Assembly: GCA_963801355.1 (NCBI GenBank)
Contig: CAWDEM010000008.1
Span: forward strand, 32,001-96,000
DNA length: 64,000 bases
DNA from: Ignavibacteriota bacterium
GTDB lineage: Bacteria > Bacteroidota > Ignavibacteria > UBA10030 > UBA6906
Direction of reading: 5' to 3'
The number at the start of each line of letters is the position of its first letter. Positions within the stretch are counted from its first letter, which is position 1. Below, one piece after another: positions 39,601 to 47,650 of this stretch. The notes below the pieces were generated by a model. It was not told where the DNA came from. It was given only the letters and a program-made list of their open reading frames with translations, and searched no databases. Both the position numbers and the translations under genes were made by a program.

Positions 39601-39858
39601 GTCGTTACGATACACCTGGAAGCGGTATCCGTCATAGCGGCCAAGACCATCGACTGTGGCAACCCAGAGATACCCGTCGGTGTCCAGGAGAATCCGATTC
39701 ACAGCACTGTTCGGAAGTCCCTGCTCGATGCCAATATGCTGAAATCGAATTGTCTCTTTGGGGGCTGAGAATACAACGCAATGCAGACTGAACAGAAGGA
39801 CACAAACATATTGGAGCGAGTTGAGCTTCAACCAGCCTATTGACGGAGGAAACAACAT
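36676..39858 (-). CDS. Sensor histidine kinase with Reg_prop beta-propellers, Y_Y_Y and HisKA_3/HATPase domains
   Basis: ED..G.LWVGT repeats; ATYTNLDGGEYVFRVKGSNNDG; ERARISQDMHDEVG; KEALHNIVKHS; GNGLRSM. The start is taken at ATG 39858 because the ORF's 5' extension overlaps the promoter and IS remnant. Confidence 0.9.
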   Translation of the reverse strand: MLFPPSIGWLKLNSLQYVCVLLFSLHCVVFSAPKETIRFQHIGIEQGLPNSAVNRILLDTDGYLWVATVDGLGRYDGYRFQVYRNDPEDEASLINNDVRALFEDHYGDLWVGTYAGLNRFDSKTEKFTRYVHSAHDEHSISSDSITAIGEDGKGELWVGTRSAGLNKFNAHDNTFTRLVLDTSRLTVRKKTLRDNRVRAIIRDHKGVLWIGTRGGWLHRIDPVTNEWDCYQSARTDTSILDPDGVRTLCEDHSGNIWVGTFVAGVKKFDPMTKTFETFVHRPWDPTSLSNNAVNQLLVDRSGDLWIATFNGGLDRRRSQERKFEHHVNNPKDPVTLSSDNVTSLCEDQSGTVWVGTAVGLDRYVAEMNIFRNFSHDPDDRRSLSNNYIGSIKEDRKGNLWVATLGGGLNRFDPATAVFEHFLHSPRDLNSISSDYVTGLCESGSGSLWIGTLGGSLDKLPPGSQTFQHYPKTISDTRIRTIYEDGSGMLWFGTYSAGLKRFNPRTDQLTHFFRDPDNPNGMIGNVVWDFEVNTSRRDEELLWIATDHGFTRFDMKRGEFQQFFPDTQYTSRSNNIMQTHQDHSGTVWLATQGGLWSFEPKTRTFVHFTTRDGLANDLVWCMEEDDHGRFWIATGMGLSRFDPRTKHFNNYDAGDGLLGIRFSYGCHAKLRSGELCFGGTSGFTMFHPDSVKENTHVPPIVITGFRKFDNPVDIRQAIGRSGAIEVSYKENVFSFEFAALDFLRPEKNEYAYMLEGFDREWVYCGTRRSATYTNLDGGEYVFRVKGSNNDGVWNEEGASIAVIISPPFWVTWWFRIPAMMLLLGIAAETVRYVEKRKLMRRIERLELARALENERARISQDMHDEVGSSLSEISILGELARKKPEEAEMYIQQISERAAEVIDSVSEIVWALNPSNDTLDSFVARVRRDAVKYLGLANISCRFAAPDVVPDLPLRAELRRNLFLAVKEALHNIVKHSAATEVSIAVKCMEDNLEILVSDNGKGFVLNDRLGTGNGLRSMNKRIADVGATLRIDSTPGCGTLLAIQATLRSHRPTDLPNSKY

Positions 39859-39932
39859 GATGTGCCTTCTTCCGGAAACCGGGATGTCGCAGACAAGGAG
39901 AGCAAGGGATTCAATCCAGCCGACAACTGTAC

Positions 39933-40020
39933 CCGCGTTCGAAGAGGGAGTGCAGATGGAGTCAAAGTGCAGGTGCGCTTCCAGGCCTGACGCGGGAGAC
40001 CCCGCATTCGACCTCTGTAA
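39933..40020 (-). ncRNA. Candidate structured 5' leader element, copy B
   Basis: About 83% identical to 8051-8137; GUCGAA/UUUGAC and UGCGGG/CCUGCA pairings. Confidence 0.55.
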
Positions 40021-40030
40021 GCTTGGCGGA

Positions 40031-40059
40031 AATATACGGCAGGCACTGCTAAATGTCCA
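40031..40059 (-). promoter_or_regulatory. Sigma70-type promoter for the kinase-regulator operon
   Basis: TGGACA-17 bp-TATATT on the minus strand. Confidence 0.65.
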
Positions 40060-40071
40060 TAGACGGTATGT

Positions 40072-40118
40072 TAAAAAGGCAAGCCAGTTAAAAAGGTAAG
40101 CCATAAAAAAGGTAAGCC
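40072..40118. repeat. Three direct repeats AAAAAGG(C/T)AAGCC
   Basis: Copies at 40073, 40090 and 40106, with a 16-17 bp period. Confidence 0.85.
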
Positions 40119-40189
40119 TCGATTTCAGTGTCTCTATTGGTGTGTTGACCAACAATGTACCACAACCGTAGAGAGGCCTACCATGTCTG

Positions 40190-40390
40190 TGACCTGGCCC
40201 CCCGCTCGTGATCCAAGAATTAGTTCGTGGAATTATATCTTGGATCAGAAGGAGGGGTATATGGGAAAGCCATGGCTTACGGCAGCAGATTATCGGCAAG
40301 CTGCGAGAGGCAGAGGTGCTTCAGAGCAAAGGGATGCCGATCGAGGAGGTTTTGCAGCAGTTGGGGACCAGCGATGCGACGTACTCGTAG
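40190..40390 (+). pseudogene. IS3-family (IS407-like) left end and orfA remnant
   Basis: TGACCTGGCCCCCC end; QQIIGKLREAEVLQSKGMPIEEVLQQLGTSDATY. Confidence 0.85.
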
Positions 40391-40534
40391 CTATCGATTC
40401 CCCCTAAAGTGCCAAACCAGAGCAATCCGCGGGAATCCTGAAACACCTTTCGCACGTATATCATCTCCACGGCCGATGCTGTAGGTCCCTGGCGAATCGT
40501 TGCATCTTGAGCATCAACCTCAAGTGCTCCACAT

Positions 40535-40597
40535 CGGAACTCACTGTAGACAGGTTGTAAGTAGTTTTGGTAATTCGATGCACTCCATGTAATTCAA
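40535..40597 (+). repeat. Dispersed non-coding repeat R3 (partial)
   Basis: CGGAACTCACTGTAGACAGGTTGT...ATGCACTCCATGTAATTCAA matches R1. Confidence 0.75.
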
Positions 40598-40930
40598 GCC
40601 CAGGGAAACGCTGCTTGAGGGGAACAAATACGATGTGCTAGTGGTTTTATTATGGTACGCTTTAGCCGTCATTTTTCTTTACTGTTCCCTTCATGGCGAT
40701 TGCGGATGCGCCTCTCCCATACCACCAGGGAGATCATCATCGGCAGTCTCGGGAGCTCCTGTGTGCAGCGGGTTATTGTGCTCGACGAATCGTCGCTCCT
40801 CAGGGAGTAGACGAAATCAAGGACTCTCACGCTGGCAATTCCCTCACCTCAGCACTCCGTCAACAACACATTCTTCACCCCTATTCTATTCATTGACCGG
40901 TTCAAAGAATCCTAGTTCCGGGAGGACTCC

Positions 40931-43555
40931 ATGAAATTCAGCTCCATTGCGACGGCCATCCTTCTTTTGCTCACCATCACCGTCCCTACCCGGTCTCAGG
41001 ACGTTCACCTTAACAGCATCATCAATGTCACCTTCAACGCCAACGCGCCAACTCTCATCGGCATTGACCGGGGGAGACTCTTGTGGTCAGATTCGGACCC
41101 CAATACCGGCAAACTCAGTCTGACATACTACTCCGGAGCAGGAATTACCCCCCTGGATTCAAATCTTGTTGCCCTGACGGCGGCCATTGGCACTGACTAC
41201 ATCGTCTGGAATTCAGCCGGCGAGCAGGTGAAGGCCTTTGATATGCATGCGTGGCGCGTACTCTCCCTGGGACCATCATACAATCCTGATTTCGCCCAGC
41301 CGGTGGCAGTCTCCGGAGATCTTGCCGGATATGCCCGTCGCGGAGCCGGACCGTCAACGCAAATCGTTCTTCACCGCTTCGCGTCAGGCACGGACACCCT
41401 GCTTTCAGCGGGAACGTGGAATACCGCACCCAGCATCAACCATGGACAGGTAGTCTGGGTGGCAGCAGACTCCGAATTGCTGACGACCCCATCCAATGTC
41501 TTCGTGTTCGATGGGCGGGCGACAACCGACATCTCCAAAACAACTAACGCCTGCAACCGCGCCCCGATTCTTCGGGACGGGCAGACCGTCTGGCTCCAGA
41601 CAGCTGGGAGCACACAGCGCGTGAAGTTCTATACTGGGGACTCAGTGCTGACCATCGCTGAATCCCCGGGAGGATCTTCCGTTGTCACAGGCTACGATGT
41701 GAGCGACGGGATAGCTGTTGCTTTGCTGCGCGACACCATCTCGAACAGCAGCTCCATCAAGATCTACAACTCGGAGACTCAACTGACGACAACGATTGGG
41801 GATTCTCTTGGAGCGTACAGTGTCCACATCAGCAATGATCTCGTAGTGTGGCAGTCAGGAACCGGGGCCGCCAAGCACCTCAAATCTTACTCCGTTCAGC
41901 ACGCGGAAATCCGGGATCTGGGAGCCGGAGAGAATCCAGTTGTCGATCATGATTTGATTGCATGGACGCTGGGAGATGCCGTGGAACTGAGTCGACCCAT
42001 CACGTACCGGCAGCTTACCACGGACGCACTCAATGGTTGGGAGCAGACGAAATTCAAGACGACCGACAGCTCTCATGTGGTGTGGGGCAACTACGCGAAC
42101 TCATCGAATATGCGGCTGTTCGCATGGAATGGGACGACGACGACTCAGCTCACCGATTCTATGTCAGTTCAAGATTTCGTGATGGTCAATGACGGCTATG
42201 TTCTCTGGCGGAAGAATTTCGATTCCCTGTTCTATTACGACGGCGTTCATTCTCCGGTGAAATTCCTGGATACGGTTCAGGCAGAAAATCCGTACGTCGC
42301 AGGGGGTTCGGCGGCCTTTTTCGGCCCTCGGACGACTGTCCCCGATAACATCAAGCACGCATGGCTCTATGACCTGGCCGCGAAAAGACTTACGCTGCTC
42401 TCCTCGGACAGCGGGATCACGGGCAACGTGTTGTGTTCTGCAAACACGGCGTGTTGGTTGAGCGGCAAGACCCTGCGGCTCATGTACTTTGATGGATCCA
42501 CGACAATTGCATTGAGCGATTCGGCGGCTGGATACGACTACAGCTACAGGAACGGAAAGGTCGTATGGACGGAGCAACGAAGCGGCATGTCACAGGTGAT
42601 GATGTACGACACGAAAAACCACATCAGAACACAGCTCACGAATGGCGGAACATCGAAGTACAATCCTATCACGGACGGCAATGCCGTTGTGTGGTATGAC
42701 AACGCCTCACAGCTCGCCACCACGGTGACCGCTGACCTGTGGTACTATGACGTCGGGCGCGGCCGCCGTTCCTTCGTCGCACGGACGACATATTCCGTTT
42801 TGTATTGGAACTGGATGAGCAACGGCAAAATCGCCTGGCTGCATGCTGGGAATATCGTGGCCTTCGATGGCGATGTGATTACCCAGCTGACGTCCAACGA
42901 TGGGTTCAGAGCCTATTCTGGCCTCTATTTGGATCATGAGATGCTCGTCTGGAAGAGAGGCCTTGCCCCCACTTCCCCTCAGACGGGAGACGTCTTCAGG
43001 CAAACGCTGCTCCCCCATGCTGCATTCGAGGCGACAACGATCTCGGGGAGCGCACCTCTGGCCGTCTCTTTCCTCAACAAATCGTGGGAGGGAAGCCGGT
43101 CGTTCCTCTGGGATTTCGGGGACGGGAGCACCGGCAATGAAATCAACCCCGCACACACGTATGTCACACCGGGGAACTATTCGGTGACGTTGACCGTCAG
43201 CGGACCCGGCGGATCAGCGACAGAAAGAAAATTCAGTCTTGTGCGCGTGCGATCGGTCACCAGTGCTTCTCTGCTTGAAGGGGTGATCCCCGACCGATGT
43301 GTCCTGCATCAAAACTATCCAAACCCCTTCAATCCTTCTACGACGATTCAGTTCGATCTTCCGGCACGTTCCTACGTTTCGCTAAACGTCTACGACGTGC
43401 TGGGCCGCTTGGTTGGCACGCTTGTCCGTAACCAACAAGCGGCAGGTTCGCACCGGGTGACATGGAATGCCGCGGGCTATGCATCAGGCGTATATGTGTA
43501 CTGCCTTCAGGCCGACGGCGTCATTCAAACACGTAAACTCCTGATCGTGAAATAG
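40931..43555 (+). CDS. Secreted beta-propeller-repeat protein with PKD domain and T9SS C-terminal domain
   Basis: Repeated G.VVW blades; GSAPLAVSF...WDFGDG...PAHTY..PGNYSVTLTV PKD motif; QNYPNPFNP. Confidence 0.87.
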   Translation: MKFSSIATAILLLLTITVPTRSQDVHLNSIINVTFNANAPTLIGIDRGRLLWSDSDPNTGKLSLTYYSGAGITPLDSNLVALTAAIGTDYIVWNSAGEQVKAFDMHAWRVLSLGPSYNPDFAQPVAVSGDLAGYARRGAGPSTQIVLHRFASGTDTLLSAGTWNTAPSINHGQVVWVAADSELLTTPSNVFVFDGRATTDISKTTNACNRAPILRDGQTVWLQTAGSTQRVKFYTGDSVLTIAESPGGSSVVTGYDVSDGIAVALLRDTISNSSSIKIYNSETQLTTTIGDSLGAYSVHISNDLVVWQSGTGAAKHLKSYSVQHAEIRDLGAGENPVVDHDLIAWTLGDAVELSRPITYRQLTTDALNGWEQTKFKTTDSSHVVWGNYANSSNMRLFAWNGTTTTQLTDSMSVQDFVMVNDGYVLWRKNFDSLFYYDGVHSPVKFLDTVQAENPYVAGGSAAFFGPRTTVPDNIKHAWLYDLAAKRLTLLSSDSGITGNVLCSANTACWLSGKTLRLMYFDGSTTIALSDSAAGYDYSYRNGKVVWTEQRSGMSQVMMYDTKNHIRTQLTNGGTSKYNPITDGNAVVWYDNASQLATTVTADLWYYDVGRGRRSFVARTTYSVLYWNWMSNGKIAWLHAGNIVAFDGDVITQLTSNDGFRAYSGLYLDHEMLVWKRGLAPTSPQTGDVFRQTLLPHAAFEATTISGSAPLAVSFLNKSWEGSRSFLWDFGDGSTGNEINPAHTYVTPGNYSVTLTVSGPGGSATERKFSLVRVRSVTSASLLEGVIPDRCVLHQNYPNPFNPSTTIQFDLPARSYVSLNVYDVLGRLVGTLVRNQQAAGSHRVTWNAAGYASGVYVYCLQADGVIQTRKLLIVK

Positions 43556-43586
43556 GGGGGGATCAACAGATAAAAGGCATCTGGAT

Positions 43587-46500
43587 ATGCGCTGCTTTAC
43601 ACTTCTGCTGCTGAGTGTTTTCATCCTGGGGATACCGTTCGAAGGTGCAGGACAAACCCACGGGTTTGCTCCTGAATCGATACCGGTCCCGGGTACTGCC
43701 ATTTCTGAGGCAGAAAAGGGATTTTCTCCGGATTCTCTGCCTCCTTCATTGATCGCGGCTTCACACGTCGCACCTCACCTCCAGCAAGACAAGAACGCTG
43801 CGGTATTTCTTGTGACGACGACCAATGACACCGGAGACGGATCCTTGCGAAAAGCCATCAGCGACGCGAATAACAGTCCCGGCTTAGATCTGATTGGTTT
43901 CGACATTCCCGGCCCGGGTGTACACACAATCATTCCTCTCTCTAAGCTTCCGAATATCACCGATCCGGTGACCATCGACGCATCCACACAGCCAGGGTTT
44001 ATCGCGACCCCCCTCATTGAAATTAACGGAAGTCTCCTCGGCCCGTACCAGGTATTCGACGTCTTCGCAGGAAATACCACCATCAGAGGGTTCGCGATCA
44101 ACCGAGCCCTGGGCGGCACAGCAATCATTCTCTGGACGAACGGCGGAAACGTTATCGAAGGCGACTTCATCGGGACGGACGCATCGGGGACCGTGGCAGT
44201 GGGAAACAAATATAATGGCGTCATCGTCTATTCCGCGAACAACCGGATTGGGGGGAGAAATATATTCTCCCGGAACATCTTTTCCGGAAACGGATATTCA
44301 GCCGTCGCGTTGGTCGGAACCGGGGCGCAGGGGAATGTCATTCGGGGTAACTATTTTGGAACGGACATCTCCGGCACGGTGAAGCTGGGCAACTCACAGG
44401 AAGGGATTCTCGTCATCGGTGGGGCTTCAAATGATACCATCGGGGGTACGGAATCCAGTGCCCGAAATGTGATTGCAGGGTCGGCGAGCGGATCCGGTAT
44501 CGCCATCATTGACAGCACCGTGACAGGCATACAGGTCCTCGGAAACTATATCGGTACCGATGCAACGGGGATGAATGCGATGGGGAGCGCAGGCAATGGG
44601 GTGTTCCTGCGCGATGCAATCGCGAACACGATTGGAGGTCCTGCCTTCGGCTCACGCAATATCATCGCCGGGAACCTGTCACCTGGTATATTCCTCGTCG
44701 GCACTGCACGGAAGAACGAGGTGCTCAACAACTACATCGGCGTCGGCGAATTGGGGATCATCGCGATCCCTAACAACAAGGGTGTGGTTGTCGACGGGGC
44801 TCCGGACAACCTCATTGAAGGGAATATGATCTCGGGCAACACTCTCAATGGAATTGAAATCCGGAACGAGGGCGCGTCGGGAAATCGAGTGAGGGGAAAC
44901 AGGATTGGAATTTCCGTTTCCTACGCAATTCCCATGGGAAATGGGCTCCATGGCGTGCTCATCAATAATGCATCATCCGACACCGTCGGCGGAGCCGCTT
45001 CAGACGACGGCAACATTATCGCATTCAACGGAGGGGCAGGCGTGTCCGTTACCGGAGGACGCAAGAATCTCCTCAGAAACAATTCCATCTTCGGCAACAC
45101 GGGGCTCGGCATCGATCTCTTCCCTCCCGGCGTGAATGCGAACGATACGCTTGATGCCGACCTCGGGGCAAATGGTCTGCAAAACTATCCCGTACTGGAT
45201 TCACTGAAACGCCACCCCACTTCGACAGATGTGTACGGGCATCTTATCAGCTCGCCGTCGGGTACGTACGCGATTGATTTCTTTGCCGATTCGCTTGGAA
45301 ATTCCACAGGGTTCGGCGAAGGGGAGAGGTCACTCGGGTCGATTACCACTCAAACCGGACCTTCGGGAACGGTCACGTTCTTTGCGACGCTTTCTGGTGT
45401 GGTTTCGACAAACGAACACTTTACGGCGATTGCAACGGACGATTCCAGTAACACCTCGGAATTCTCGAAGGGGATAGGCAGAAGCTATGTGATTACTGCA
45501 CCAGTCAGGAGTCAGTTCTGGGTTTCCGATGAGATGGACACGATACGCTGGGAGAGCCCTGACACGGGGCATGTGCGCATCGAGTTCAGCGCGGATAGCG
45601 GCAAGAGCTATAGGGTGATTACTCCGGATACAACCGGAAAGGAGAGGATGCATCCCTGGAAGGTGACAAAGGCGGTTTCGACCCGGTGCCGCATTCGCAT
45701 CACTTCACGAGATGATCCTTCGCGTTTCGGCGAGAGCGAGTTGTTCAAGGTGAAGGGAACTCTGCTGACGAGGTACCGCCCCGACAGCACCTACGAGGCG
45801 TTCACGCCCGATACGCATGGCTGGAGCTTTGCGAATGCCGCCGTGAACATGTGGCCGCCGGCCTGGTTCCAGAGATTCAATTACGCGACCGGCATTGACC
45901 CCTACACGGGCGTAAATTATCCCGCAGCGTGGATCTCACCGGCTGATACCGCGCGATCAAGTGACTTCCCTGATTGGCCCCTCTTTGTCGAAACATTTGG
46001 CTGGCCCCAGTGTTATGTTGGCACTATCACGCAAATTCTCTCGTATCGGCCATTAGCCGTTGCCCGATGGAGAACGCTCAAAAGAAACTGGGCCGGCTCA
46101 TGCTTTGGCTTTTCGGCTTCCAGCCTGCTGGCTTTTGACAATGCGGCCGCGTTCAGAACTGCCTATCCTTCACTTCCTCCTTTCAATACACTGAATCAGC
46201 TCGGTATAACTGATACAACCCGAAAGATCATCAACCGCCTCTTTCTCTACCAGTTTGGACAATCTTTTTCGGCGTACCGCGCGGGGGTCAATGGCACATC
46301 ACCGAATACGTCTTTGGCCGAGTTGAAGAAAATCTTCCTCTCGGATGAACGGGATGACCGGTTCATCTTCTTCTTTGGCGCAACCGGCGGCCATGCCGTG
46401 ACCCCATACCGGGTGGAGACGGATTCATTGGTTCCCGAGATTTCGTACATCTATGTGTATGACAATAACCTCCCGGGAAACACCAGCGTGCGATTCTCCG

Positions 46501-47648
46501 TTGCCACTGACAACCAGCGCTGGCTCTATGCTCCGCTGGGATGGGCAAACAGCACGGGACTGTATCTTTCCGAGCCCGTGAGTCATTTCCTGTATCCTGC
46601 CATCCTCAGCAAGCAACTCGACATGCCTACCGTGAATGCTCCCTCGATCTACAGCGCTCCGGGTCGTGTGGAAGTGTTCGGCCCACTCGGAGCCATCACG
46701 CAATTCCGCGACGAGGCAGGCCACAGGCTGGCATACGCGGATTCGGTTGTCGCTGACAGCATCCCCGGAGCAATTCCCATCATCCCTATTACGGGGTTTC
46801 CTCATTCACCGATCGGATCCTCTCTCCCGGCGGGTAGCTACACGATGGAGCTTGGTGGATTCGTGAATGCACTTGCTCTCACGGCCGTCTTCGCAGATTC
46901 AACATACTACGCTTTCTACAGGACCGACGCCCGTCCCTCCCAACACGATCGGATAAGTCTGTCGGACGGCATGACTATCAGCAGCGCAGACTCCGAGCGA
47001 AAGGCCGGTTCAATCGAAGCGATTATCGCGGGGGCTGACAGGGAACAACAGTTGCAGATTGATCATGTGGCTCTGAATCCGGATGATTCCCTGACATTCA
47101 CCATCGTGAACCATCAGGCCATCGATATTACCGGGAGGGGGTCGCCACAGCTTTATGATCTTGCGCTTTCAGATGTGTCAAAGTCGGGAACTGTGCACTT
47201 CGAACACGGGGGCATTGCCCTGACGGCCAACAGCCGGCAGCGCATCATTCCTGTGTGGGACTCTTTGAGTACGGCACCCGTGAGAATTCTCATCGACCTA
47301 GGGAATAAGGGCATCTTCCACGATACCATCATGGTCAACAACCAGGCAACGAATGTCTCCCGGCTTCCGGACCAGGCCCCCGTTACGTACTCATTGCTCC
47401 AGAATTATCCGAATCCGTTCAATCCGTCAACAATAATAGAATATGCCATTCCCGATCGTCAACCGGTACAATTGGAGATCCTCAACATCCTTGGTCAGCA
47501 CGTTGTCACTCTGGTTGATGAAATACAGTCATCGGGCCTTCACCGGGTAACGTGGGTACCGGGAAGGGGTGTGGCAAGTGGAATATACTTCTACCGGCTG
47601 AACAGCGGAACGTTTACGCAAACAAAATCAATGATCTTTGTGAGATAA
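43587..47648 (+). CDS. Large secreted parallel beta-helix protein with T9SS C-terminal domain
   Basis: VTTTNDTGDGSLRKAI start; repeated GNYIGTD/N.IGG...RNII; GLGIDL...NGLQNYP; NTSEFS; CTD. Confidence 0.85.
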   Translation: MRCFTLLLLSVFILGIPFEGAGQTHGFAPESIPVPGTAISEAEKGFSPDSLPPSLIAASHVAPHLQQDKNAAVFLVTTTNDTGDGSLRKAISDANNSPGLDLIGFDIPGPGVHTIIPLSKLPNITDPVTIDASTQPGFIATPLIEINGSLLGPYQVFDVFAGNTTIRGFAINRALGGTAIILWTNGGNVIEGDFIGTDASGTVAVGNKYNGVIVYSANNRIGGRNIFSRNIFSGNGYSAVALVGTGAQGNVIRGNYFGTDISGTVKLGNSQEGILVIGGASNDTIGGTESSARNVIAGSASGSGIAIIDSTVTGIQVLGNYIGTDATGMNAMGSAGNGVFLRDAIANTIGGPAFGSRNIIAGNLSPGIFLVGTARKNEVLNNYIGVGELGIIAIPNNKGVVVDGAPDNLIEGNMISGNTLNGIEIRNEGASGNRVRGNRIGISVSYAIPMGNGLHGVLINNASSDTVGGAASDDGNIIAFNGGAGVSVTGGRKNLLRNNSIFGNTGLGIDLFPPGVNANDTLDADLGANGLQNYPVLDSLKRHPTSTDVYGHLISSPSGTYAIDFFADSLGNSTGFGEGERSLGSITTQTGPSGTVTFFATLSGVVSTNEHFTAIATDDSSNTSEFSKGIGRSYVITAPVRSQFWVSDEMDTIRWESPDTGHVRIEFSADSGKSYRVITPDTTGKERMHPWKVTKAVSTRCRIRITSRDDPSRFGESELFKVKGTLLTRYRPDSTYEAFTPDTHGWSFANAAVNMWPPAWFQRFNYATGIDPYTGVNYPAAWISPADTARSSDFPDWPLFVETFGWPQCYVGTITQILSYRPLAVARWRTLKRNWAGSCFGFSASSLLAFDNAAAFRTAYPSLPPFNTLNQLGITDTTRKIINRLFLYQFGQSFSAYRAGVNGTSPNTSLAELKKIFLSDERDDRFIFFFGATGGHAVTPYRVETDSLVPEISYIYVYDNNLPGNTSVRFSVATDNQRWLYAPLGWANSTGLYLSEPVSHFLYPAILSKQLDMPTVNAPSIYSAPGRVEVFGPLGAITQFRDEAGHRLAYADSVVADSIPGAIPIIPITGFPHSPIGSSLPAGSYTMELGGFVNALALTAVFADSTYYAFYRTDARPSQHDRISLSDGMTISSADSERKAGSIEAIIAGADREQQLQIDHVALNPDDSLTFTIVNHQAIDITGRGSPQLYDLALSDVSKSGTVHFEHGGIALTANSRQRIIPVWDSLSTAPVRILIDLGNKGIFHDTIMVNNQATNVSRLPDQAPVTYSLLQNYPNPFNPSTIIEYAIPDRQPVQLEILNILGQHVVTLVDEIQSSGLHRVTWVPGRGVASGIYFYRLNSGTFTQTKSMIFVR

Positions 47649-47650
47649 AC

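Noticed and set aside
39960-40000. SRP RNA resemblance of the leader (GTCAGGCC...GGAAGC)
   Set aside because: It lacks the GNRA tetraloop and AGCAG of SRP domain IV, and copy A does not keep TCAGG.
39859-40299. N-terminal 147-aa extension of the kinase ORF
   Set aside because: It overlaps the leader element, promoter, direct repeats and IS3 remnant. The signal-peptide-like region starts after Met 39858.
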